Both the position numbers and the translations under genes were made by a program. Source: an uncultured Verrucomicrobiae bacterium (lineage in GTDB: Bacteria; Chlamydiota; Chlamydiia; Chlamydiales; JAFEGQ01). Taken from it: 64,000 nucleotides of DNA. The DNA is taken from NCBI GenBank assembly GCA_963739345.1, contig CAVUAA010000002.1, positions 330,713 to 394,712 on the forward strand, read 5' to 3'. Of this stretch, positions 9,156 through 18,057 are shown one piece after another (position 1 is the first letter of the stretch; each line of letters opens with the position of its first letter). The notes under the pieces were generated by a model, which was not told where the DNA came from, ran no database searches, and worked only from the letters and a program-made list of their open reading frames with translations.

Positions 9156-10135
9156 AGCCGACTCACTACTTGATCCAAGAAATCATCTCGTGTGAGCAGC
9201 TCTTCTCCTTGCTTCATTGCCTGAGCATAGTTCGCTATGCGCGCTTTAGTGTCTGGGGATTCCGCGATGCAGCCGAATAAAGGCACGTGATAACCCTCCG
9301 CTAAGGGGTGCTGGGTAGATGAGGTGATATGAGCATCCAGTTGCTTATACTCTGCGCAAAGGGTGCTAAAGCGCGAGCTCAAGCGTGACTCGAGCTTTGT
9401 TGGCGGAACCTCTATCCACATGTGGGTATGGGGGTCGATGCCTATACGGGTTTCAGCGGCTCCTGGCAGGCGTTGGTTACGGGGACGGAGAGGAACCAGT
9501 TCTTGAGACAGCAGAAGGTATCTGATATCCATGTATGCTTTATGTAGAAGGGAGTTCTCTTTTCCGTAGCCGAGAACTAGGCCGATCAGAAAATCGTCAT
9601 CGTTCAGGGTTGCCCTTAAGTCAACACCTGGGGTTGTTAGTCTTGCAAAAAGCTCTTCCGAACTGACCTGGGCCCCTAGAATTCCGCGAAAGACTTCCAA
9701 GTGTTCGTTGAGCACGTCACGAAGGGCGGCGTGGTTTATCCAAAGACAGGCAGAACTTGAGGGATCGTCTACGCAGTGAGTATTCGCGGGTACGAAGGAC
9801 CACCCGGTGCCAGTGAAGTCCAGGTGCTGCCAGATAGCGAGTCCTCTCAGGTATAGCTCGCCATTGGTAAAGGGCCGACGTACGCGACTGAAGTTGGGAG
9901 TTTCCTTGAAGGCGCCTGGCCCATCCCAACACATGGGCTTGTTCCCATACAGTACTGCGGCAAGTTCCGACTCTTTCATAGCCGTTCGAAAGCACGTTTC
10001 CAAAACCTCTCTTTCAAGCGGAGAAAGAGTCAGTGGAGCTGGCACCTGCCGTTCCTGAACACCGTCGGATGTGGAGACGCAAGCTACTATCGCCAGCGCC
10101 AATACAATGAATGGAAGGGCTAGGCCGGGGCGCAT
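9146..10135 (-). CDS. hypothetical lipoprotein
   Basis: Start chosen at ATG 10135 (MRPGLALPFIVLALAIVAC, lipobox-like IVAC). It overlaps the downstream FKBP gene by 10 nt. Confidence 0.55.
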   Translation of the reverse strand: MRPGLALPFIVLALAIVACVSTSDGVQERQVPAPLTLSPLEREVLETCFRTAMKESELAAVLYGNKPMCWDGPGAFKETPNFSRVRRPFTNGELYLRGLAIWQHLDFTGTGWSFVPANTHCVDDPSSSACLWINHAALRDVLNEHLEVFRGILGAQVSSEELFARLTTPGVDLRATLNDDDFLIGLVLGYGKENSLLHKAYMDIRYLLLSQELVPLRPRNQRLPGAAETRIGIDPHTHMWIEVPPTKLESRLSSRFSTLCAEYKQLDAHITSSTQHPLAEGYHVPLFGCIAESPDTKARIANYAQAMKQGEELLTRDDFLDQVVSRLCS

Positions 10136-10142
10136 GCCAGCT

Positions 10143-10493
10143 CTAGTATCTCCCTTTGAGGGGACAATTTGGGTTTTTGCATACGGGACCGAATTGGAGC
10201 TCCCCGCATGCATGACACACAGTAACGTTCTGGACAGGCGCCCCAGACGACGTGTGGTATTGGGGCTCATTATTTACTACCGCAACTAGTCCTCCGTCTC
10301 GATGCTGTAGCTGCGTGACTTTGAAGAGATGGCCACTATGCAGCGCAAAGATGCCCTCATGGGCCACAAGCACATGCTGCGGATCGACAACAAACTCGAG
10401 ATCATCACTGTCAGAAAAGGCAAACGCCTGTTGTGAGCTCGTGAGTAAGAGTACTACGGAGAGGAGAGGGACTAAATATCTAAATGCTTTCAC
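10143..10493 (-). CDS. small secreted protein with a Cys-rich C-terminus
   Basis: 116 codons. Signal peptide MKAFRYLVPLLSVVLLLTSSQQAFA; C-terminal CHACGELQFGPVCKNPNCP. It ends 8 nt before the next gene. Confidence 0.55.
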   Translation of the reverse strand: MKAFRYLVPLLSVVLLLTSSQQAFAFSDSDDLEFVVDPQHVLVAHEGIFALHSGHLFKVTQLQHRDGGLVAVVNNEPQYHTSSGAPVQNVTVCHACGELQFGPVCKNPNCPLKGRY

Positions 10494-10577
10494 GGGGGCT
10501 GCCTCCTTTTACGGATTGAAGTATCTGACGTCGGCTCAGGCAGCAATTTTTGCGGAGAGTCGCCAATAAAGTCAAAG

Positions 10578-11747
10578 CAATGACCCAGATTGCTACCCTG
10601 ACTCGGCTTAAGGGCTAGCGAAGTGGTTCAGATACGACCGGAACGCCGACGGCAAGGGTACTCCCTTGCCGAGAAGTTCCGGGAAGTAGATGGGCCGCTG
10701 CAGCAGCCCTTAAGCCGACGAATTTTCTTAAGTGACTCGAGAGAGACTGTAGGCCGAGGATAGCACTCATGATCCGGATGGAAAATCCGAAGTGCAGTGG
10801 AGGCTCGAATGCTACGAGGTAGCAGTCCCGTGATGCAGCTAAACGCTGTCTCCACGATTTGTCTTCGACTACTAATCGCCTTCTCTGCCTCTTCCGTTCG
10901 CTTTCTTGTCGAATTCGGATGCTTTCTTCTGGCGAGAAGCTCGATGGAAGAATCCTCTGCGAAGAACGTCTTCGAGGTCATAGCAATTGTAGGCTCCGTC
11001 AGCATAGAGCTTCGATTGTGGTGGGAGATCAAGCTCCATCTTCCATAAGACAGCAACGTCATTTCTGCATGCTGGCTCCATCGCCACCTCAACTGGTTCT
11101 CCCGCACATGTCACAACCATATGAACCTTAATGCCGCAGAAATATTTCTGTTTCGACGGAGCGTAGCCGATGTATTCCTTGCCGAGGAAGAACTTTCGTC
11201 GATCAATCCGCTGCTTCTTGCAGCACTCCACTGGAAAACTGTCCACAGCGTACTCAGACGAGGAGTTAGTCTTCCTGAATATCAGAGCTAGAAAGCGAAA
11301 TACTGCCGTCCATATTGGCCATGGAATTTTGTGCAGACGACGATTGAGCCGGCTCTCACTCAAAAGATTGGGGAAGTAGCGAGATTGGCGGCAAAACCAG
11401 CAGGTTTTGCGATGGTTCCCACCAAATAGTTGCCCGGACATGATCGAGAACGTGATGATTTCAGCTGTGCTCATTCGAGCTTGCCGGTCATCTTCAAATC
11501 CCATAGCTTTAATGACTTCATCGCAAACGACGTAGGTGATAATGATTTGCATGTCCATGTGCCTTCTCCTTTTTGGGGCATTCAAAAAGAAAAAATATAC
11601 ACGGTTTACCACAGGACTTCAGTGTTGCACTCATCTGCCACGTATAAGCTCTTGGCAAGGGAGTACCCTTGCCGGCGAGCTGCTACGCGACATCTAAGCA
11701 CAACACTGAAGTCCTGTGGCAAATCAGGGTAGCAATCTGGGTCAATG
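10578..11747 (-). mobile_element. IS982-family insertion sequence (about 1.17 kb)
   Basis: 24-bp terminal inverted repeats ca[a/t]tgacccagattgctaccctga at 10578-10601 and 11724-11747 (1 mismatch). They enclose an IS982-like DDE transposase. Each end also carries a long sub-terminal hairpin. Confidence 0.75.
10628..11558 (-). CDS. IS982-family transposase, split between two overlapping frames (frameshift near 10960-10975)
   Basis: Frame A runs from ATG 11558 (SD AGGAGA) to ...LYADGAYNCYDLEDVL. Frame B continues FAEDSSIELLARRKHPNS...RRQIVETAFSCITGLLPRSIRASTAL. The join lies at gacgttcttcgcagag. Confidence 0.6.
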
Positions 11748-11830
11748 GTGTCCACCGGCTATGCGTGCGGGTTTTTTGTTTAGGGATTTGGCGTTGGTAT
11801 GCTAAGTTTGCGCCTTAAAGAGGTGCGGGT

Positions 11831-12424
11831 TTGGAAGAATATCGGGTTGTTGGCGTTTTTGGAGGGAAGGCGGTTTGCGTTGGAGAGGGGGTTGAGGAGG
11901 TTGAGGTTCGGAAGATGGATGTGGTGGTGGGCGCGGTGGAGGAGGTGTTCGTCAAGGGGATGAGGCTGGGGGTGGGGGCGGAGAAGGAATTGGAGGCGGC
12001 GAGGGATTTCCAGCTCGGGGGCGAGGTGGAGGCGGTTGTTGATCATCAGGTGGTAGCTAGGGACGAGATGGGGGTGCGGTTAAGTGTTTTTTCTGTGCGG
12101 AAAGAGGTGGTTGGGGGCTGTTTGGATTGTGAGCGGTTGAGCTGTGTGCCGGCGGCATTGGCCGAGGTGGGAAAGGCGTTGGGAGGCGAGGGGCGGTATG
12201 GGGTGGTGTGGAAAGATTTTGCGGTGGTTGGGAGAGGGGGTTTGGTGTTGTGGGCAGGGAGAGGGCGGAGGGCTGTGAGGGGGTTGGGAGAAAAGGGGCT
12301 GAAGAGGGTGTTTGGCTGGAGGAGGAGCGCTGGGGCGGGGTGGAATTGGGTGAGTACGGGGTGGCGGTTGGGTTTGCATTGGGGGCGGGGGTTTGGACTT
12401 TCGGCAGGGGGAGTTTGCGTATAG
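11831..12424 (+). CDS. hypothetical soluble protein, first ORF of a coupled operon (possible PilM/GspL-cytoplasmic-domain analogue)
   Basis: G-rich coding strand. TTG start at 11831 (alternative ATG at 11915). The C-terminal third is compositionally odd (G/R/W-rich), so the frame or extent is uncertain. Confidence 0.3.
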   Translation: MEEYRVVGVFGGKAVCVGEGVEEVEVRKMDVVVGAVEEVFVKGMRLGVGAEKELEAARDFQLGGEVEAVVDHQVVARDEMGVRLSVFSVRKEVVGGCLDCERLSCVPAALAEVGKALGGEGRYGVVWKDFAVVGRGGLVLWAGRGRRAVRGLGEKGLKRVFGWRRSAGAGWNWVSTGWRLGLHWGRGFGLSAGGVCV

Positions 12425-12827
12425 GGAGCGGTGGAAGAGGGAGAAGGGGAGGCTGATGGGTTTTGTGGGGGCGTGTGTGGCGGTCTGTTTGGGGGTGGTG
12501 GTCTTGGGGAGTGTGTTGGTGGGGAAGGAGAGGGAGATGATGGGGGTTGCGAAGGGGGAATTGGGGAAGGTGGATGGCTGGGAGTCGTTTGAGCTGTGGC
12601 CAAGGGTTGCAGGGGTGAGCGATGTGATGGCGTGGGTGGGAAGTAGGGTGAAACGGGTGGAGAGCTTTCGGTATCTCTTGGGATCGGATGTGAGAGTGGA
12701 GCTGGTTTTTGAGGCGGAGAGCCCGACGAAGGCGAGAGAGTTTCACGATGAACTGTTGAATTGGGAGGTGACGAGCTGGGGGATGGTGGGTGAAAATATC
12801 GGGTGGTGTTTTCGGTATGATTTCTAA
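12393..12827 (+). CDS. hypothetical bitopic membrane protein (PilN-like architecture)
   Basis: A basic stretch YRERWKREKGRL is followed by TM MGFVGACVAVCLGVVVLGSVLV and a domain of about 100 aa. It overlaps both the upstream and downstream ORFs. Confidence 0.45.
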   Translation: MDFRQGEFAYRERWKREKGRLMGFVGACVAVCLGVVVLGSVLVGKEREMMGVAKGELGKVDGWESFELWPRVAGVSDVMAWVGSRVKRVESFRYLLGSDVRVELVFEAESPTKAREFHDELLNWEVTSWGMVGENIGWCFRYDF

Positions 12828-13389
12828 GCAGCGGATGTTGGTTTATTTGATGGTGGGCTGTTTTGCGGTGGTGGGCTGCGTGGGGTGGTCTGTGGGCGAG
12901 AGGGTGAAGGGGGCGAAGAGGGAGCGGATGGTGGTGGAGCGGATGTTGGGGGCGGCGAGGATAAAGATGGCGCGCCAAGAGGTAAACCGGGCGGTGCGTG
13001 ATGCTTTTGCGGGAGCAGATCACCGGTATGTGGATCGGGAGCTGGAGACGGTGGAGTTGCTTAAGGGAGAGAGGGAGGGGTTGAGGCGCTTGCTGGAGCA
13101 GGAGCCTGGTTTGCCGAGCAAGGAGGTGTTGGGGCGGCTGGAGAAGTTGGAGGGAAACCGGGTGCGGTTTGCTGAGGGGAAGGTGCGGCAAGAGGGGTGT
13201 GTGAGCGAGGTGGAGGAGAAGCTGGCGAAGGGGGTGGAGGTGGACATTGCGGATGTGATGGGGCTGCTGGAGAGGATTGAGGGGGTTGGCGAGGGGAGGC
13301 CGCAGATGGTGGTGACGGAATTCGGGCTTAGGAGGAAGGGGGAGGTGTTTGAAATGGATATGCGGTTTGTGAAGAGGGAATTCGAATGA
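12817..13389 (+). CDS. hypothetical bitopic membrane protein with a coiled coil (PilO/GspM-like architecture)
   Basis: ATG 12817 overlaps the previous stop (12825-12827). TM MLVYLMVGCFAVVGCVGW is followed by a coiled-coil-like segment and a small C-terminal domain. The stop overlaps the next start (ATGA at 13386). Confidence 0.5.
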   Translation: MISKQRMLVYLMVGCFAVVGCVGWSVGERVKGAKRERMVVERMLGAARIKMARQEVNRAVRDAFAGADHRYVDRELETVELLKGEREGLRRLLEQEPGLPSKEVLGRLEKLEGNRVRFAEGKVRQEGCVSEVEEKLAKGVEVDIADVMGLLERIEGVGEGRPQMVVTEFGLRRKGEVFEMDMRFVKREFE

Positions 13390-14558
13390 AGTATCTTTTG
13401 TTGGCTCTGGTGTTAGTGGGATGTGCGCGGGGGGTGAGTGAGCGCGATCTTGTGAAGATCAACATCATCGATCGGAATGGGATGAATGAGACGATTCAGG
13501 CGAAAGACCGCTTGGCGAGGTATCAGGGGGTCGATTTCCTGCGGGCGCAGCCCTATCAGAAGGTGCTGCGAGTGTGCGGACCAAGGGTGGATGGTGCGGT
13601 CCCCTCGTTTGTGACAAGCTACCATGAGAATGGACAGGTGCGGCAGTACCTGGAGGTGGTAGATGGGCGGGCGAGTGGTTGGTATCGAGAGTGGCATCCG
13701 AATGGGGCGCTCAAGTTAGAGGCGTGGGTCGTTGGAGGGGTGGCCGACATCGATGAGCGGGCGCAGGAATCGTATGTGTTTGAGGGGGTAAGTAGAGCGT
13801 GGGATGGAAAGGAAACGCTTGTGGGAGAGATCCCCTATGAAGCGGGTGTGTTGGAAGGGGTGTGTCGTTACTTTAAAGGGGGTGAGCTGGTCCGGTGCGA
13901 GCGGTATGAGAAGGGAGTGTTGGAGGGGGAAGTGATGAGTTTTTGGCCGGGGGGGATGCCGCAGTCAGAGGAGGTCTATGCGAGGGGCTTGCTGGCTGAG
14001 GGGAGATATTTTGATCGGGCGGGTCTCTGTCTTGGCGAGGTGCGCAAGGGACGGGGTGTTCGTGTGGTGTTTGGGGAGGGGCATGCACTTTGGGATGTGG
14101 TGAGGGGAAGTCCGAGGGGGCGGGTGCGGGAGTATGGTGTGCGGGGCGAACTTCATCGTCTCTACCACGTGAAAGGGGGGGTGAAGGAGGGGGAGGAGGT
14201 GGAGTACTGGGAGGAGCCATTTGGACTGGATCCGGTGCAGAAATTGTCGCTTAACTGGCGTGGGGGGGAGATTCAGGGGGTGGTGCGGACCTGGTATGAG
14301 GATGGGCAGCTGGAGAGTCAGCGGGAGATGAGCCACAATAGGCGGAACGGAATGTCGACGGCATGGTATCAAGATGGAAGTTTGATGCTTGTCGAGGAGT
14401 ACCGGGAAGACCGGCTGGTGAAGGGCGAGTATTATGAGAGGGGCGCTTCGCGTCCCGCTTCAGGTGTGAGAGAGGGGGAAGGGATTGCCACTCTCTTTGA
14501 TCCGCAAGGAACCTATTTGGCGCGAGTCAACTATGTGGAGGGAAGTCCAATTGAGTAA
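13386..14558 (+). CDS. MORN-repeat (YwqK-type) lipoprotein
   Basis: Lipobox MKYLLLALVLVGC. Repeated YxENGQ/WYxDG motifs (YHENGQVRQY, WYREWHPNGALK, TWYEDGQLES, AWYQDGSLML). Confidence 0.7.
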   Translation: MKYLLLALVLVGCARGVSERDLVKINIIDRNGMNETIQAKDRLARYQGVDFLRAQPYQKVLRVCGPRVDGAVPSFVTSYHENGQVRQYLEVVDGRASGWYREWHPNGALKLEAWVVGGVADIDERAQESYVFEGVSRAWDGKETLVGEIPYEAGVLEGVCRYFKGGELVRCERYEKGVLEGEVMSFWPGGMPQSEEVYARGLLAEGRYFDRAGLCLGEVRKGRGVRVVFGEGHALWDVVRGSPRGRVREYGVRGELHRLYHVKGGVKEGEEVEYWEEPFGLDPVQKLSLNWRGGEIQGVVRTWYEDGQLESQREMSHNRRNGMSTAWYQDGSLMLVEEYREDRLVKGEYYERGASRPASGVREGEGIATLFDPQGTYLARVNYVEGSPIE

Positions 14559-15057
14559 GGAAAAGATTCGGCAGGAGTTTCGGGAGATTCGGAAGGGGTT
14601 ATCGGAGGAGCGGCGGCGGGGTGCGGCGGAGGCTCTGAGGGGAGAGGTGCTCAGGCTGGTTCCGGAGGGGCTGGTGATGTCGTTTTGGAGTTTGGGGGAT
14701 GAGATTGGGACCGAGTTGTTGAATGAGGCGTTGGGAGAGCGATTGGTGCTCCCGAGGGTTCATGATGGAGGGCTGGAGATGCGGCGCGCCGGTGACCTGG
14801 TGGAGGGACCCTATGGTTTGATGGAACCGTCGGAAGGCTGTGAGCGGGTGGACGAGGTGGGGTGTGTTTTGGTGCCAGGGTTAGCTTTTGATGAGTGGGG
14901 GCACCGGGTGGGCTATGGAATGGGATATTATGATCGCTGTCTAGCTGGGGTGGCTGAGCGGGTGGTGGTGTACGGGGTGGCGTTTAGGGAGCAGCTGGTG
15001 GCCCTTGTGCCGGCGGAGGCGCACGATGTTCCTGTTCACAAAGTTCTAAGTTTCTAA
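14533..15057 (+). CDS. 5-formyltetrahydrofolate cyclo-ligase
   Basis: Motif VPGLAFDEWGHRVGYGMGYYDR. Start taken at ATG 14533; the ORF is open from 14485. Confidence 0.75.
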   Translation: MWREVQLSKEKIRQEFREIRKGLSEERRRGAAEALRGEVLRLVPEGLVMSFWSLGDEIGTELLNEALGERLVLPRVHDGGLEMRRAGDLVEGPYGLMEPSEGCERVDEVGCVLVPGLAFDEWGHRVGYGMGYYDRCLAGVAERVVVYGVAFREQLVALVPAEAHDVPVHKVLSF

Positions 15058-15148
15058 TCACCTGCGCGCAAGTTTTATTAACAAAGTGTGTGTTGAGGAA
15101 GGTGCGGCCGGCTGTGAGGAGCTGGGCGTGCTGTTCGGGGGTGATGGT
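14991..15148. repeat. left copy of the 158-bp direct repeat flanking the phosphoramidate cassette
   Basis: Identical to 21381-21538 except one substitution (15002 c vs 21392 g). It covers the last 67 nt of the cyclo-ligase gene, the spacer, and the 3' end of a GT10-like gene on the opposite strand. Confidence 0.9.
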
Positions 15149-15168
15149 CTTTAGGTAGGGACGATCCG
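15058..15168 (-). pseudogene. orphan 3' fragment of the GT10-like paralogue (duplicate of 21449-21558)
   Basis: The reverse strand encodes ..TPEQHAQLLTAGRTFLNTHFVNKTCAQVIRNLEL, as in ORF 21359..21901. The upstream two-thirds of the gene are missing. Confidence 0.6.
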
Positions 15169-15227
15169 GGTCTAGGTTCGGGTTACCGGGATTGCAGATT
15201 GATAGTAGGTGGGTTAATATTATCGAT

Positions 15228-15725
15228 ATGCAAGACCCTTACCTTTTGTGGATCACAGGTTTGTCAGGGGCGGGTAAAAGCTCGCTGGCCCGGCGCGTCC
15301 GAGACCGTGCTCGGTCGCGTGGAGAGCGTCCCATTCTGCTCGATGGCGATGCGATCCGAGAGGTGTGTGGTGGCGATCTCGGGTATGGGGATGGCGATCG
15401 GCTCAAAAATGCCTATAGGATCGCCCGATTCTCTCATTTAATTGTCGATCAGGGATTCTCGGTCATCTGCGCGACTGTTTCTCTTTATGACGAGATTCAT
15501 GCTTTCAATAGGGAGTCCTTGGCTAACTACCGCGAAGTGTATGTGAGCTGTCCTCTTGCGGTGTTGCGGGGGCGAGATCAGAAGGGGCTCTATTCTGGAG
15601 AAGCCGATTTGGTGGGTATTACGCAGGCGTGCGATTTTCCGAAGAGACCCCACCTGGTGGTGGAGAACGCTTCGGAGGAGCAGCTAGAGGAAAATGTGGA
15701 GCTCATCGATGCCCTTATCTGCTGA
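15228..15725 (+). CDS. APS-kinase-fold P-loop kinase (Cj1415-like; candidate cytidine diphosphoramidate 3'-kinase)
   Basis: GLSGAGKSS Walker A, LLDGD, and RDQKGLY resembling the CysC motif RDPKGLY. About 165 aa from ATG 15228. Confidence 0.7.
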   Translation: MQDPYLLWITGLSGAGKSSLARRVRDRARSRGERPILLDGDAIREVCGGDLGYGDGDRLKNAYRIARFSHLIVDQGFSVICATVSLYDEIHAFNRESLANYREVYVSCPLAVLRGRDQKGLYSGEADLVGITQACDFPKRPHLVVENASEEQLEENVELIDALIC

Positions 15726-18057
15726 AAGCTTAACTTTTGGGACAAAGGCCGATACATTGGCCCGCCTCGAAGGGTGCGTGAAGAAATCGAGAGTATTACC
15801 CCAGGTGGCATTTTCCGTCGCTTCCTACCGGAAGGAACAGGGGAAGCTTCTTTCTAGGGTTCAGGAGAAGTTTGCGAAGGGCAAGGTGATCGTCCGTTCG
15901 TCGGCGATAGGAGAGGATTCGGCAACCTCTTCAATGGCTGGGCAGTTCACCTCTGTGGCGGGCCTTGGGACCGATTCGGAGGAGCTGGCGGCGGCGATTG
16001 ACCGGGTGATTCGCTCCTATGGGGAGGGGGAGGAGCACCAGGTACTGGTTCAGCCGATGATCGGCCAGATCAAGCGGTGCGGGGTCGTCATGACGGCCGA
16101 CATGGAGACGCTCTCTCCCTACTATTTCATCGACGCCGATCTTTCGGGGCGCCACGATGTGGTGACAGGGGGGAGCGGGGGGGAGAGGGTCTCCTACGTC
16201 CACTACAAGAGATCAGAGCTGGAGCCGTCGTTGAGATGGGTGAGAGAGCTGATCGAGGCGTGCCGCGAATGCGAGGTCCTATTTGAGAATGAGGCGCTCG
16301 ACATTGAGTTTGCATTTGACTCGGAGGATCGACTCTACCTCCTGCAGGTCCGCCCAATTGTCCGTCGGCTGGTTCCGTTGATCTCCTGTGAAAGACTCGA
16401 TGATGCCCTTTCTAAGGTGGCAAGTAAGGTCGAGAAGATTTGTGGGCCTCACCCGGAGCTGCTGGGCGAATCGGGGATGCTAGGCGTCATGCCCGACTGG
16501 AATCCGGCTGAGATCATCGGTCTAAAGCCTCGCCCTTTGGCCCTGACGCTCTACCAAGAGCTGGTCACGAATCAGGTGTGGGCTTACCAGCGGGACAACT
16601 ATGGTTATCGCTCCTTGCGCTCACATCCGTTGCTGATCTCCCTGTTGGGTGTCCCCTATATCGATGTGCGGGTCTCTTTCAACTCGTTCGTCCCCGCCTC
16701 CCTCGGTGACCCGATCGCGGAAAAGTTGGTCGATATCTATCTCAAGCGACTAAGGGCCTATCCGGAGAACCACGACAAGGTGGAGTTTGAGATCGTCAGC
16801 AGCTGTTACACGCTCGATCTTCCTGAACGGATGGAGGCCTTACGAGAAGAGGGTTTAAGCGCGGCGGAGACGGACGAGATTTCCCGCTCTCTTTTGGCTT
16901 TGACGCGGAGAATCCTCTGTCCGAGGAGTGGTCTCTGTCGAAGCGATCTCGAGAAGGTGGAGGGGCTAGAGGAGCTCCACAACCGGGTGATGACCTCTTC
17001 CCTTCATCCGATCGAAAAGATCTATTGGCTTGTCGAGCACTGCAAACGGCATGGGACGCTCCCATTTGCAGGGGTGGCTCGCGCTGCCTTTGTCGCCACG
17101 CAGTTTCTCGACTCCCTGGTCACCTCGGATTTGCTTAATCCAACCGAGAGGTCTCAGTTTCTCCGTAGTCTCTCAACAGTCTCTTCCGAGCTGACCCGTG
17201 ATCTTGCCTGGATCAAGAGCGAGGGGGGGAAGGAGCGCTTTTTATTGCGCTACGGTCACCTTCGGCCTGGCACCTATGACCTCCTCTCGTATCGGTATGA
17301 CGAGGCGTTTGAGAGCTATTTTCCAGAAGGGGTAACAGCCGGTGAGGAGAGCGCGCCGTTTGTGTTGCCCGATGAGAGAATGGAGGCGATTTCGATCGAG
17401 CTCCGCCGCCACCAACTGGGGCTCGATGCGAGCGCCCTATTTGCCTTCATGCAGATGGCTATCGTGGGAAGGGAACGGGCGAAATTTCTATTCACCAGGA
17501 CACTCTCTGACGCGATGCAGCTGATCCTTCAGCTGGGGGAGCGGGTGGGGCTTAGGCGCGAGGAGATGGCCTATCTCAACATTGGATCGGTCCTCTCCCT
17601 CTATCACACTCTCGACGCCCGTGATCTCAAGGAGCATTTCCTCCACGAAATCGAGCGCAACAAAGAGATGTATGCCTACACGCAGGCGGTTCACTTGCCG
17701 CTGCTGATCGGCAAGCCACAAGAGGTCTACACATTTGCTAGCTTCTCAGAAGAGCCCACCTATGTGACGCTCAAGCGGATCAGCGCCGAACCGGTGGTGG
17801 TCGATGAGGAGGCAAGTCTCGCTGGAAAAATCGCGTGCATCCGCTCGGCCGATCCTGGTTATGACTACCTCTTCGCTCAAGGGATTTCGGGTCTCGTGAC
17901 GGCCTATGGGGGGGCCAACTCTCACATGGCGATCCGATGCGCAGAGTTGGGAATACCCGCTGTGATTGGAGCGGGGGAGGTCAACTTCACCAAGTGGAGT
18001 GGAGCGGGGCTTCTGGAGATCGATGCAGCAAACAAAACGTGTGCAGTGATCCGATGA
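15694..18057 (+). CDS. PEP-utilising-type enzyme with a C-terminal phosphohistidine domain (Cj1418-like; candidate L-glutamine kinase)
   Basis: 787 codons (alternative ATG at 15709). The swivel-domain motif GGANSHMAIRCAELGIPAVIGAG lies about 40 aa from the C-terminus, leaving no room for a PEP/pyruvate TIM-barrel. The start overlaps the upstream stop. Confidence 0.7.
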   Translation: MWSSSMPLSAESLTFGTKADTLARLEGCVKKSRVLPQVAFSVASYRKEQGKLLSRVQEKFAKGKVIVRSSAIGEDSATSSMAGQFTSVAGLGTDSEELAAAIDRVIRSYGEGEEHQVLVQPMIGQIKRCGVVMTADMETLSPYYFIDADLSGRHDVVTGGSGGERVSYVHYKRSELEPSLRWVRELIEACRECEVLFENEALDIEFAFDSEDRLYLLQVRPIVRRLVPLISCERLDDALSKVASKVEKICGPHPELLGESGMLGVMPDWNPAEIIGLKPRPLALTLYQELVTNQVWAYQRDNYGYRSLRSHPLLISLLGVPYIDVRVSFNSFVPASLGDPIAEKLVDIYLKRLRAYPENHDKVEFEIVSSCYTLDLPERMEALREEGLSAAETDEISRSLLALTRRILCPRSGLCRSDLEKVEGLEELHNRVMTSSLHPIEKIYWLVEHCKRHGTLPFAGVARAAFVATQFLDSLVTSDLLNPTERSQFLRSLSTVSSELTRDLAWIKSEGGKERFLLRYGHLRPGTYDLLSYRYDEAFESYFPEGVTAGEESAPFVLPDERMEAISIELRRHQLGLDASALFAFMQMAIVGRERAKFLFTRTLSDAMQLILQLGERVGLRREEMAYLNIGSVLSLYHTLDARDLKEHFLHEIERNKEMYAYTQAVHLPLLIGKPQEVYTFASFSEEPTYVTLKRISAEPVVVDEEASLAGKIACIRSADPGYDYLFAQGISGLVTAYGGANSHMAIRCAELGIPAVIGAGEVNFTKWSGAGLLEIDAANKTCAVIR

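Noticed and set aside
12046-13191. 381-aa minus-strand ORF, the longest ORF in this stretch
   Set aside because: The sequence is extremely Pro/Ser/His/Thr-rich and low in complexity, as expected from reading the C-rich antisense of G-rich plus-strand genes. The plus-strand ORFs have TM helices, overlapping stop/start coupling, and continuity with the downstream operon.
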